A DNA stretch of 27,337 nucleotides from a virus (Duplodnaviria > Caudoviricetes): positions 1 through 27,337 of IMG/VR virus record IMGVR_UViG_3300006110_000031. The stretch is one strand, 5' to 3'. The position numbers and the translations under genes are program-made. This document shows positions 16,252 through 24,937 of this stretch, in pieces (the stretch's first letter is position 1; the number at the start of each line of letters is the position of its first letter). The notes under the pieces are model-generated. The model made no database searches. It was given only the letters and a program-made list of their open reading frames with translations, and was not told the origin of the DNA.

Positions 16252-16898
16252 CTACTTTTACTACTGAAGATAGGGTTGCTGTTGAACAAGGCACAGATGC
16301 CTGGCATCAACTTAGATTGGGCAAGGTTACAGCTTCTAGAGTAGCCGACATATTGGCTAAGACTAAAACAGGGCCATCCGCATCAAGACAGAATTACCTT
16401 ATTGAATTAGCTTTACAGCGCACTACAGGCATCATTCAAGAATCTTACACCAATGCAAGCATGGAATGGGGTGTTCAAAATGAGGGAAATGCAAGGGTTT
16501 TATATGAAATCACTACCAATAATTTTGTCGATAGAATCGCTTTCATTGACCATCCTAGTATTAAGTGGTTTGGTTGTAGCCCTGATGGTCTTGTGTCTAA
16601 TGGGGGGCTTGTGGAAATTAAGTGTCCTAATAGCACAACTCATTGGGAGTATTTCAAATTTAATAGACCGCCTCAAAAATATGTAATTCAGATGCAAGCG
16701 CAGATGGCCTGCACAGGCAGACAATGGTGCGACTTTGTAAGCTTTGACCCCAGGATGCCTGACCGAAGCCAGTTGCTAATTGTTCGAGTTGATAGGGATG
16801 AGGCTTTTATTGCTGAAATGGAAGCAGAAATTAAGAAGTTTTTAGATGAAGTGCAAACCGAAGTAAATTTGATGAAGGGAATTAAAGATGGGAATTGA
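16248..16898 (+). CDS. YqaJ/lambda-exonuclease family protein
   Basis: QGTDAW..RLGKVTAS..GCSPDGLV..GLVEIKCP..QMQAQM..WCDFVSFDPR. Confidence 0.92.
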   Translation: MTTFTTEDRVAVEQGTDAWHQLRLGKVTASRVADILAKTKTGPSASRQNYLIELALQRTTGIIQESYTNASMEWGVQNEGNARVLYEITTNNFVDRIAFIDHPSIKWFGCSPDGLVSNGGLVEIKCPNSTTHWEYFKFNRPPQKYVIQMQAQMACTGRQWCDFVSFDPRMPDRSQLLIVRVDRDEAFIAEMEAEIKKFLDEVQTEVNLMKGIKDGN

Positions 16899-17139
16899 AT
16901 ATTATTTAAAAGCTGCTGTATCTGAATATACCGACAAAGATGGGCAACAAAAAAAGCGGTATCAAACTGTTGGCATAGTTACCAAAACTAAAAAAGGTGA
17001 CCTTATGGCTAAAATTGAAATGTTGCCTTTATTGGGTATGAAAGAAGGCGCATTTTGGTGTTATTTAAATGTCCCTGAAGATAAACCTGATACCAAAACT
17101 AATAACTTGGCTGACATGGAATCTGATATTCCTTTTTAA
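16888..17139 (+). CDS. Small single-stranded DNA-binding-like protein
   Basis: EYTDKDGQQKKRYQTVG beta strands; acidic ESDIPF C-terminal tail; next to Sak and exonuclease. Confidence 0.65.
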   Translation: MGIEYYLKAAVSEYTDKDGQQKKRYQTVGIVTKTKKGDLMAKIEMLPLLGMKEGAFWCYLNVPEDKPDTKTNNLADMESDIPF

Positions 17140-17148
17140 GGAGGCATT

Positions 17149-17352
17149 ATGAATGAACATATATGGACTGCATCAGGAACAGATATTACAATTCGGTGGA
17201 AACTTCATGGTTGGATTCCACCATCAGAATTGCAAGAATATAAAGATAAATGGAAGTATTACCAAAATTTACCTTTAAGAAATCTAGATGATGCAGCTAA
17301 AGAACAGTATGAACAAGTAATGCGAAAAGCTAAAGTATTGAGGATTAAATAA
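17149..17352 (+). CDS. Hypothetical protein
   Basis: 67 aa; AAGGAGG RBS; TDITIRWK.HGWIPPSE. Confidence 0.75.
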   Translation: MNEHIWTASGTDITIRWKLHGWIPPSELQEYKDKWKYYQNLPLRNLDDAAKEQYEQVMRKAKVLRIK

Positions 17353-17636
17353 TGGCAACTAAATTAAAGGTACTTGTACCTGCTATAAAAGAAAAATCTG
17401 GCAAAGTGATAGTGGCTAAGTCAAAAGCTTATAGCCATGATGAACTTAAAAAGATGGTTGGTAAAGCAGCCAAAGGCGCAAAGCATGAATTTGAGCTTTC
17501 TAATGGTCGAATTGTGACTCGCAAAGTTGCAGCTAAAGTAGCTGAAAAAGCTGGCGAAGTACCTAAGTCTGTTGGAAAAAAACTTCACAGCCATGATTTG
17601 CGAAGGGCTGAAGGCATTAAAAAGAAAAAGATGTAA
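17352..17636 (+). CDS. Very basic (Lys-rich) hypothetical protein
   Basis: 94 aa, 22 Lys; TAATG coupling on both sides. Confidence 0.75.
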   Translation: MATKLKVLVPAIKEKSGKVIVAKSKAYSHDELKKMVGKAAKGAKHEFELSNGRIVTRKVAAKVAEKAGEVPKSVGKKLHSHDLRRAEGIKKKKM

Positions 17637-17731
17637 TGACAGATGACCAATGCCTTATGTTTGGCCTTGCCATAATATTTGGCTTTGGCATCATTATTTT
17701 GTATTTAATCGGACAAGACTATGACAGATGA
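17636..17731 (+). CDS. 31-aa single-TM micropeptide (not in ORF track)
   Basis: MTDDQCLMFGLAIIFGFGIIILYLIGQDYDR*; coupled to the upstream stop and overlapping the next start. Confidence 0.68.
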   Translation: MTDDQCLMFGLAIIFGFGIIILYLIGQDYDR

Positions 17732-17909
17732 ACCAGTTCCATTTGGAGGGAACTTAAAGACTCCATCAGATGATTGTGAAGAGGCATTCTTTGCGCTTTA
17801 CCCAGACTTTTTCTATGAAGGCTCTACGGCCCTTAATTTATGGACTCAGGCTTGGTTTAATGCATTAGATTGGGTTGAAGATAATAAAAAACTAATTCAG
17901 CTTATATGA
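17721..17909 (+). CDS. Hypothetical protein
   Basis: 62 aa; CEEAF..LWTQAW motif. Confidence 0.68.
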   Translation: MTDEPVPFGGNLKTPSDDCEEAFFALYPDFFYEGSTALNLWTQAWFNALDWVEDNKKLIQLI

Positions 17910-18079
17910 GAAAGAAAAAAATTCGAGTTACCTATGAATCTAGGTATAAAGAATTACTTAAAGATTATCAAAATGTATTAGATAAAATGGGAAAACAAAC
18001 TGTCAGAATTATTAAGCTTCAAAAGCTAATTCGAGAAGCCCATTCTATTATGATGAATCATATAGACTTCAAAGAATAA
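17906..18079 (+). CDS. 57-aa basic coiled-coil protein (not in ORF track)
   Basis: ATGA overlap; MRKKKIRVTYESRYKELLKDYQNVLDKMGKQ...HIDFKE*. Confidence 0.62.
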   Translation: MRKKKIRVTYESRYKELLKDYQNVLDKMGKQTVRIIKLQKLIREAHSIMMNHIDFKE

Positions 18080-18170
18080 AGGCAGTTAAGCCTACACTCA
18101 AGGATGCAACAAGTAAGGGCTTTTTAGGCTTTCGACCTTACAGTTAGTAGTTGCCAAATTGATGCCTTTA
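18077..18170. ncRNA. Candidate structured RNA with pseudoknot (strand undetermined)
   Basis: Three nested helices (8, 5 and 6 bp) plus a 7-bp crossing pair AAGCCTA/TAGGCTT fill the convergent intergenic gap. Confidence 0.55.
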
Positions 18171-18764
18171 TGCCCCTAATATATCCATAGCTTTATGGAT
18201 TTTATTAATTCGGTCATCTAGGCCTAAAGTACCACCATTGATGCGCTTGGTCATAGTATTCCAATCTTCAGCCTCAGCAAGGGCATTTAAGCCCTTTTTG
18301 TTCCAAAACCAGCCAGCAGATAGGCAAGCCCACTCAGGCTCTAAAAGAAGGCTTGGTTCGCTTGTAAAAGGCTGTCCTAAGGCATCGCCACATACTTGGT
18401 AATTAGACCGCCCTGTTAGCTGTATAACCCCTCTGCCATGAAACTTCCAGCCATCGCCATCTTGGGTATTGCCAAGGTCGGCTCTACCGCCATAAACCTT
18501 GTTTGCAATCATTTCAGGGTTGTTTGCATACTTTTCGGCAGTATTGGCATCAGGGAATCGAGAGGGCCATACTCGCATCAAAGCCCCTGCGCTGTAATGA
18601 AGGTTTTCTTCTAAGGTTTTAAAGTTATTAGATTCATGCTGACATTGTCCAATAAAGGCAGCTTGTCGCTTTGGAGTATCTATGCCATATTTGGAAAAAG
18701 TATCATTTAAAGGTTTAAGCCATTTTTGGTCTATGCCAAGGGCTTGTAATTGCTCATTCGTCAT
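18168..18764 (-). CDS. Endolysin, glycoside hydrolase family 19
   Basis: AAFIGQCQHES..LEENLHYS..GDGWKFHGRGVIQLTGRSNY..SAGWFW..TKRINGG..GL.DR. Confidence 0.93.
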   Translation of the reverse strand: MTNEQLQALGIDQKWLKPLNDTFSKYGIDTPKRQAAFIGQCQHESNNFKTLEENLHYSAGALMRVWPSRFPDANTAEKYANNPEMIANKVYGGRADLGNTQDGDGWKFHGRGVIQLTGRSNYQVCGDALGQPFTSEPSLLLEPEWACLSAGWFWNKKGLNALAEAEDWNTMTKRINGGTLGLDDRINKIHKAMDILGA

Positions 18765-18978
18765 TATCTGCTTGCCCTATTTTCACACCAGCTACCAACC
18801 CTACGAATGCACCAACCACCATTTGAAAGGCTGGTGTAATAGCTTCAAAAATTTTAGTATTGTCTATTTTATCGACAAAAAGACCTACAAGTAACACTCC
18901 CACCATAGACACAAGGATGAGAGTAAGTGTAATGGTAGCAAGTAAAGTGACATAAGCACTAAGTTCTTCTTTTTTCAT
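18754..18978 (-). CDS. Two-TM membrane protein (holin candidate)
   Basis: Two hydrophobic segments; directly upstream of the endolysin. Confidence 0.6.
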   Translation of the reverse strand: MKKEELSAYVTLLATITLTLILVSMVGVLLVGLFVDKIDNTKIFEAITPAFQMVVGAFVGLVAGVKIGQADNDE

Positions 18979-19382
18979 TTGATTGCATCATATTGTTTAT
19001 AACAAGCATCTAACCCTGCTCTTATTGTGTCTGCTCTGGCAGCTTCCCTGATAAGAAATTTTGCATCCTCGGCATAAAGGGTTGCCCCAGTTCCACCTTG
19101 TCCATTGCTGGCTTGGTCGGTGCGACTACTGCGCTTCCGCAGCTCGCTAATAGCATCGACAAGCTGGTTATTAATAGAATTGATTTGAGCATCTTTTGCC
19201 TTTCTAATTTCATCGGTAGCAAGCTGGGCTTCTCTTTCTTTCTTTTGAGTTTCTGCTATTTGGTCTGCTTTGTATTGAGCAAACCGACTAGCTTCAAAAC
19301 TATAGCCCATATACCAAGAGCCAACTAATGCAATAACTGCTGCGCCAATCTTTATCCAAGTGAAAATGGGCAAAGGAAACAT
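18975..19382 (-). CDS. Rz-like inner-membrane spanin
   Basis: N-terminal TM, coiled coil, C-terminal A.RAD..L.AC..QY. Confidence 0.8.
   Translation of the reverse strand: MFPLPIFTWIKIGAAVIALVGSWYMGYSFEASRFAQYKADQIAETQKKEREAQLATDEIRKAKDAQINSINNQLVDAISELRKRSSRTDQASNGQGGTGATLYAEDAKFLIREAARADTIRAGLDACYKQYDAIK
19022..19192 (-). CDS. Rz1-like outer-membrane lipoprotein spanin, fully embedded in Rz
   Basis: MLKSILLITSLSMLLAS/CG lipobox followed by a Pro-rich mature part, in an alternative frame. Confidence 0.75.
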   Translation of the reverse strand: MLKSILLITSLSMLLASCGSAVVAPTKPAMDKVELGQPFMPRMQNFLSGKLPEQTQ

Positions 19383-19936
19383 TACACAAGCCTTGGGCTA
19401 AAAGCAAAAGTAGCAGGGTAATCTTTGATTAGCTCTGTATTGTCATGCCATTGGTCAGGGGTAATAAAGCCAGGCTCAACTAAAGCTTTAATGTTCCATC
19501 CAAAGTTTAAATATAGAGTTTTGCCAAACATAGGCTTGTATAAGACCCATTGCCATAAACCATGACCTTTGACCAGTATGCTTCCAGGCTTAGTTGGGCT
19601 GCAATCTAAATCGCCTGTGTAACTCATGCCTGTAGAACCATCAAAGGTTTTAACTGCAAAGCCATAAAAAGGATTGCGCCAAAGCCAATGAACTTCTGAC
19701 CACCAACAAGGAGGAAAGTTAACTTTAAATCCATCATCACCCCATAAACTATTGTCAGGGGTTTGAAACCAACTTAACCAGCTAAACAGTCTTGGCTCTG
19801 TAGCTTTTGCGGTTGCATTGTTAATCCAGCCATATTCGCCCTTACAAAATATAGGCAAAATGAAAGCCAATGGGTAAGTTAAAACTGTGCCAATAAGATT
19901 AATAATGACTAAGAATGGATAAAGTATGTAGCTCAT
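19382..19936 (-). CDS. Trp-rich membrane-associated phage protein
   Basis: N-terminal hydrophobic segment; WFQTPDNSL.GD and WLWRNP.YGF motifs; located in the lysis region. Confidence 0.65.
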   Translation of the reverse strand: MSYILYPFLVIINLIGTVLTYPLAFILPIFCKGEYGWINNATAKATEPRLFSWLSWFQTPDNSLWGDDGFKVNFPPCWWSEVHWLWRNPFYGFAVKTFDGSTGMSYTGDLDCSPTKPGSILVKGHGLWQWVLYKPMFGKTLYLNFGWNIKALVEPGFITPDQWHDNTELIKDYPATFAFSPRLV

Positions 19937-20118
19937 TGAATACCTTCGCTGGTTTTAAATCTAAGAATAGCAACAACTATTCCAATTAATACCAAAACTA
20001 AACCATAGTATTTATCAGAAATAATATTTTGAAGGTTTGAAAAGTTATCATACAAAGCCCCAAATATAACAAGGGCCAAAGAAAACCACATAGTTTTAGA
20101 ACTATGAACTCTTTTCAT
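19933..20118 (-). CDS. Small two-TM protein (holin candidate)
   Basis: SKTMWFSLALVIFG..GLVLVLIGIVVAILRFKT. Confidence 0.65.
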   Translation of the reverse strand: MKRVHSSKTMWFSLALVIFGALYDNFSNLQNIISDKYYGLVLVLIGIVVAILRFKTSEGIQ

Positions 20119-20333
20119 TTTCTAACAAAAAATATATCTGTTAAAAAGCTAATTACAGCACCAACAACAGAGGCTACACCCATTAAAGCCCAAAGACTGC
20201 CTTTAGACCTTTCAGCCATAACTAACAGTTCTTTTAAATCTTTTCTAATTTCAGTAAGTTCTGATTCCATAGACTCAACTTTGTTCCATAGAACACCATA
20301 GCGCACTAAATCAATAGAGCCTCGGTCATCCAT
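20115..20333 (-). CDS. Coiled-coil protein with C-terminal TM (holin/antiholin-like)
   Basis: Likely start MDDRG coupled to the upstream stop; heptad region then LWALMGVASVVGAVISFL. Confidence 0.6.
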   Translation of the reverse strand: MDDRGSIDLVRYGVLWNKVESMESELTEIRKDLKELLVMAERSKGSLWALMGVASVVGAVISFLTDIFFVRK

Positions 20334-20707
20334 TATGAACTCCATGTAGCAATCGGTTGTTTTGGGAATACAGGATTAGCTACAGGATTAACAGCATAAC
20401 CTCTAACAATATTGCGATAAGCAATAAATTCAGCTTGATTAGTCAAATAAGGGTTATTTGTAGTGCTGGCAACATCAGGAATAGTGGCCCAATCTGTTGC
20501 ATATAGCAAGGCACTAGCTTGTTGTTGGCAAGCAGCATTAGCAGCATTAGCATTCAAAATAGCTATTTCTGCATCACAAGCAGCTTTTGTAGGCTCTGCA
20601 ATATCGGTGGAATACCATGACAAAGTTTCAAAATCATTGTCATTGGTCATGCTCCATTTAGCATTAGGGGTCAATGCTGTAATAGCATCTGCATAAGTAG
20701 CACTCAT
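20333..20707 (-). CDS. Tail-fibre assembly chaperone-like protein
   Basis: AITALTPNAKW..L.ATDW..PDV..YR..R..FP..P..W; directly after the fibre gene. Confidence 0.65.
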   Translation of the reverse strand: MSATYADAITALTPNAKWSMTNDNDFETLSWYSTDIAEPTKAACDAEIAILNANAANAACQQQASALLYATDWATIPDVASTTNNPYLTNQAEFIAYRNIVRGYAVNPVANPVFPKQPIATWSS

Positions 20708-21501
20708 GATTCGTAAATCTCCAATAATGTAATGACAGCAGTTGCACCTAAACCAATATTACCTAAGTTTTTATTATAAGTAAGAGTTCCACCGCCTGCT
20801 GCCATATAAACTGTATAAGTTGTAGAAGCAGTAGTATTAGGAGTATCTAAATAAGAAAAAGAATTAGATGCTAATGTTTCGCCACCACTAATACTTCCCA
20901 TAGTTGTAAAGACTGAGCCTGAACCAGCAAGGTTTGTAGTATTGCGATAAAGAGTAAATCCACTAAAGTTACCTGTAGAGCTATCAGCCCCAAAGCTAAC
21001 TAAAGCTAATATTTTGCTATTTAAAGAGCTAGGAGTAATAGTAGCTGTATGGCCTGTAGTTACCAATGAGTTAGAAGTAGTGGATGCAGTTGTTGTAAAT
21101 GTTTGCTGAACCATCTGAACAATGACTCCAGGGGCAGTTAATGCTCCTGTTACCGCCAATGTTCCTGAAACTGTAGCATTACCTATAACAGGCAAAGTAC
21201 CACCTACTACATTCAAAATGCCATATAAATTGTCATAGGTAGCAATTTGATTATTGCCTGAATCAGTCAATACAAATTTATATGAATTTCCATTTGTTAA
21301 CCAAATCTCTTGTGGAGGCCTGCCATCTGTTCCTAAAACAATAGGATTAGCATTTGCTGTGCTTCCTGAAGAAGTTGTATAAGTTGCTAAAGGAGTGCTT
21401 GAACCAGCTTGGTATGTATATAAAAGACCGCCAGCTAAAGGTAATCCTGTAGTTGTAAAAAATTGAAATCCATTACCAATGGGAGATAGTAAGACTGACA
21501 T
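20704..21501 (-). CDS. Short tail fibre / receptor-binding protein
   Basis: N-terminal anchor GLPLAGGLLYTYQAG..NANPIVL..GRPP..YKFVL; T/S-rich C-terminal domain ending ITLLEI. Confidence 0.78.
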   Translation of the reverse strand: MSVLLSPIGNGFQFFTTTGLPLAGGLLYTYQAGSSTPLATYTTSSGSTANANPIVLGTDGRPPQEIWLTNGNSYKFVLTDSGNNQIATYDNLYGILNVVGGTLPVIGNATVSGTLAVTGALTAPGVIVQMVQQTFTTTASTTSNSLVTTGHTATITPSSLNSKILALVSFGADSSTGNFSGFTLYRNTTNLAGSGSVFTTMGSISGGETLASNSFSYLDTPNTTASTTYTVYMAAGGGTLTYNKNLGNIGLGATAVITLLEIYES

Positions 21502-23468
21502 TATTGTTCCTTATATGTTGGATTTCCAGATAATAAGCCTCTAAGAGCTGTAGCTGGAACATTTTTAGTTCTAGATTCAAATTTAGGTATTTCACCCAAT
21601 CTCATCATATCGGCAAGTTTAGCTACAGAATTATTCTTATTAATATTAGCAATTTGTTTTGCGCCAAAAGTGCTTCCAGATAACAAAGCAGCAGATAGAT
21701 TTCCGCTTAAAGCATGAGTTCCTACTGTGCTTAAAACACCCATTACAGTATCAGGAGCAAATTTAGAAATAAGGTCTAAAGTTTTTTGAGTTGCGCTTCC
21801 TTTAGCAACTTGTTTTATTGCTTCTTGTTCTTCAGGTGTAAAAAGCCTCATGCGCTTATCATTTTTTGCCAAACTGTTCATTTGGTTTTTTAATGATGTT
21901 GATAAACTTTGATTAGTAAATTGAGCATCATTTACCATGTCATCAAAAATTTCAGCTTTTTTAAGTCTGGAATATTGAGTTCTAGCATCTTTCCATGCTT
22001 GAGCACCTTGAGGATTTCCAGCAGTTAAGTGTTGGTCTGGCGCATTTAAAACATAATCATCAAATTCATCTTTTAATTTTGAAGCCAACATTCTCACTTT
22101 AGGATTGCTAGAAACTTGCTCTCCAGCAATAATTTCTCTTAAAGCTTGTAACTCTAAATAATCTTTTGGCCTAGATGTATTTTTTAATTCATCTAATGCG
22201 CCTTTAATTCCTGAATAAGTGCTTGAATTTTCAGCATATCCAAATTGCCTTAAATCTTTACCAACTTGGTCCATATGAGCCGCGAATTTATCTGGAGCAA
22301 ATTGAATGCCTGATTTTTCAGCTTGGCTATAAAGATTTTTTGCGGTAGCAGCAAGTTGTTCTTGAGAAGGCGCATTTAAAGACCTTTGCTTTAATGAAAC
22401 TCCAAAAGGTGCGCCAACAGTAGCCCCAGCAAGCATAGCCAAATAGGGGTTGTCAGTTTTTTCATAAACAGCTTGTCCTGCCACAGCAGAAGGAATTGCA
22501 GCAGCAATTTGTGATTTAGGTGCAGCAGCAGCAGATTCAGCAACTCCTCTTACAAAAGGAGAAGCTGCTGTAGTAGCTAATCTAGTAACAGCAGGTAGTT
22601 CTGCAGCAGTTCCACCCATTGCACTACCAGCAGTTTCAATCATTCTTTCTGGGCCAGTTTGCGCTACAGGCAAACCAAGTCTAGTCATGTATTGTTGGAT
22701 TAAATCGCTTGGCATTCCTAATTTAGGAATATTAGTGCCTGCAAATTTGTTTATGCCACCTGTAACAGCATTAATACCAGTATTTAATACATCACCAACA
22801 GGAAGTGCAACAGAGCCTACAAGAGCACCAGCAGGGCCTGCCAAAGTTCCACCAACAGCAGCACCAGTTACAGCAGGAGTAGCACCTCTAGCAAACAATC
22901 CAGCAGCTCTAGGCAAAGTTAAATTAGGCTTTGGTTGTAGTTCTGATTCTGGAATATTGGTACTTCCAGGCAAAGATTCTGGGCTTACAAAAAGTTTATT
23001 GTTTTCAGCAAGGTTTACACCTTCTAAAACTTTATCAAGATACTTTTCTGGGTCTTTAGTTTTAAATCCACCATAAGCTTTCATGGCCTTTACATAATCG
23101 CCACCATGCTCTTTATGCAGTTGGCTAATGTAATAGTCCATTGCAGCTCTAGCTTCATCTTTATTGAATGGATTAAACTCCACTCCTTGTTTGTGAAGCA
23201 TGGCTACAGTTTCAGGCATAAATTGGCCTAAACCCATCGCACCAGAAGTAGGATTTACAGCAAGCGGATTGCCAGAACTTTCGGTTTGAATAACATTTTC
23301 CAAAAGCTTTGCTGGAGTTCCATAGCTTTTTTTAGTATCAAATTTGTTTGATTCTGGAGGTGTATAACCAGAAACTTGAACACCAGGTTTACCTGTTCCA
23401 GTTTTACCAGAACCAGGTAAAAGCGCAGGTGCTGCTAATGAATCTGGGTCTACAAAATCTAAAGCCAT
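21501..23468 (-). CDS. Ejection (internal virion) protein with lytic transglycosylase domain
   Basis: IQTESSGNP.AVNPTSGAMGLGQFMPET..AY SLT motifs; G/A-rich hydrophobic middle; helical C-terminus. Confidence 0.82.
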   Translation of the reverse strand: MALDFVDPDSLAAPALLPGSGKTGTGKPGVQVSGYTPPESNKFDTKKSYGTPAKLLENVIQTESSGNPLAVNPTSGAMGLGQFMPETVAMLHKQGVEFNPFNKDEARAAMDYYISQLHKEHGGDYVKAMKAYGGFKTKDPEKYLDKVLEGVNLAENNKLFVSPESLPGSTNIPESELQPKPNLTLPRAAGLFARGATPAVTGAAVGGTLAGPAGALVGSVALPVGDVLNTGINAVTGGINKFAGTNIPKLGMPSDLIQQYMTRLGLPVAQTGPERMIETAGSAMGGTAAELPAVTRLATTAASPFVRGVAESAAAAPKSQIAAAIPSAVAGQAVYEKTDNPYLAMLAGATVGAPFGVSLKQRSLNAPSQEQLAATAKNLYSQAEKSGIQFAPDKFAAHMDQVGKDLRQFGYAENSSTYSGIKGALDELKNTSRPKDYLELQALREIIAGEQVSSNPKVRMLASKLKDEFDDYVLNAPDQHLTAGNPQGAQAWKDARTQYSRLKKAEIFDDMVNDAQFTNQSLSTSLKNQMNSLAKNDKRMRLFTPEEQEAIKQVAKGSATQKTLDLISKFAPDTVMGVLSTVGTHALSGNLSAALLSGSTFGAKQIANINKNNSVAKLADMMRLGEIPKFESRTKNVPATALRGLLSGNPTYKEQ

Positions 23469-24928
23469 TATTTGCCCCTAGTAGCAATACCATTAATAAC
23501 TCGCAAATCTTCTTGAGCTTTTTTATATCTTTCTGATTTTTCCCCACCAAGTTCTTTGGTAATTTGAGTCAATCCTTGTGGGTCAATGCCAGCATTTCTC
23601 TTGGCATCAGCCAATCTAATAGAGTCTAAATTTAAATTAGAGTTCCATTTTTGCTGATAATCATTCGCATAGATAGGGTTGTTATTGCTAATTGTTTGTG
23701 ACTTGTCTACACCATGATTAAACATCTGAACACCATAAGCCAATGCTCTGTTATATCTAGAAGTATATTGAATGGCATCTGGATTCCAAGTAGTCTTACC
23801 TGCTGTTTGAACAGCTTGTTCAATTTGCTTCTGAGTACCGCCAGTAACACCCATTTTTCCTGCGCCATAAGCAGGATTTTGTGACAACAAATTGGTTTCA
23901 TTGGTCAATACATGGCCCAAAATATCATAGTTTGCTGCAGGATTTCTAGTATTAAATTCAGGAATGCCAACATAGTTTCCTTTAAGAGCATTCCATAATT
24001 GAGCACCTTGACCAGTATCGGTAACTTGAGATAGTTGAATAGCTTGATTAGCAGCAGATTCAATCTGAACAGCTTTACCAGCTTGCTCTCTTGAAGTATT
24101 TACTAAATTATTACCAATTTCTAAATTGGTTGAAGTTTGAGGTGAAAGAGCAGAAACTGCTGGTCTTTGCTGATTTGCAGGTTTATTCATTTGGTCAGGT
24201 GTAACACCGCCTTGACCACCACCGCCTACAGCAGAACCACCTACTTGACCGCCACCACCTACTAAATACTTTGTGCCTGGAGGCAAGCCAGAATTGTCCC
24301 CAGGTTGAGCAACAAGCTCTGTGCCTGGTGTTAAACCTAATGCAGTTGCTTGGCCAGCTTGAGTTCCTGGTGTTTGAGAGGAAAGTAATTGATTTCCTGT
24401 AGCCAAAGGAGCAGTAACACCACCAAGATTGGTTTGAGATGCTTTTGGATAAAGTGCATCTAATTGACCTTGTGCATTTAAAGACCTAGCCATACTTTGT
24501 GCAAGCCAAGCTTTTAATTGAGATAAATTTCCACTTGCAGGAAGCCCTGCTAAAGCTTGTTGAACAGCAGCATCAGGAGTTCCTGCATTTTTTGCATGAA
24601 CTTTTACTGAATCAATAATATCTTGAGCTGTTAAATCAGGCTTATTAATGAGCCTTTGTTGGTCTTGAATAGTATTGGTTAAATGAGCCTGAAAGTTTTG
24701 TAATTGCGAAGTATTTGCTTCAGCAGTTGCCTTTCTAGCATTGGCTTGCCCTTGTTCAATTTCAGAAGGCAATAAAGCTTTCTTTTTTTGAACTTCAAGA
24801 TTTTTTCCAGTAAGGTCAAGAATATCTCCCAAAGAAGTAGCTTTAGGAGCATTTTGATTTCCATAAATACTAGGGTCAATAGTTTGACCTAATTGTGGAA
24901 CTGAAACTCCGCTTGTGCTGATTGCCAT
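23468..24928 (-). CDS. Ejection / DNA-transfer protein
   Basis: 486 aa, Q/A/G/N-rich; position equivalent to P22 gp20. Confidence 0.65.
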   Translation of the reverse strand: MAISTSGVSVPQLGQTIDPSIYGNQNAPKATSLGDILDLTGKNLEVQKKKALLPSEIEQGQANARKATAEANTSQLQNFQAHLTNTIQDQQRLINKPDLTAQDIIDSVKVHAKNAGTPDAAVQQALAGLPASGNLSQLKAWLAQSMARSLNAQGQLDALYPKASQTNLGGVTAPLATGNQLLSSQTPGTQAGQATALGLTPGTELVAQPGDNSGLPPGTKYLVGGGGQVGGSAVGGGGQGGVTPDQMNKPANQQRPAVSALSPQTSTNLEIGNNLVNTSREQAGKAVQIESAANQAIQLSQVTDTGQGAQLWNALKGNYVGIPEFNTRNPAANYDILGHVLTNETNLLSQNPAYGAGKMGVTGGTQKQIEQAVQTAGKTTWNPDAIQYTSRYNRALAYGVQMFNHGVDKSQTISNNNPIYANDYQQKWNSNLNLDSIRLADAKRNAGIDPQGLTQITKELGGEKSERYKKAQEDLRVINGIATRGK

Positions 24929-24937
24929 AATTTATTC

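Noticed and set aside
18077-18170. tRNA, hammerhead ribozyme or simple terminator
   Set aside because: No cloverleaf or T-loop, no CUGANGA core, and no GC-rich hairpin directly followed by a U-tract; kept as an unclassified RNA candidate.
24200-24260. Gly-rich repeat (GGGGQVGGSAVGGGGQGG) in the ejection protein
   Set aside because: Ordinary low-complexity linker; no evidence of separate function.
22687-24879. ORFs 22687-23076, 23348-23536, 23707-23901 and 24679-24879
   Set aside because: Antisense or alternative-frame by-products of the long ejection genes.
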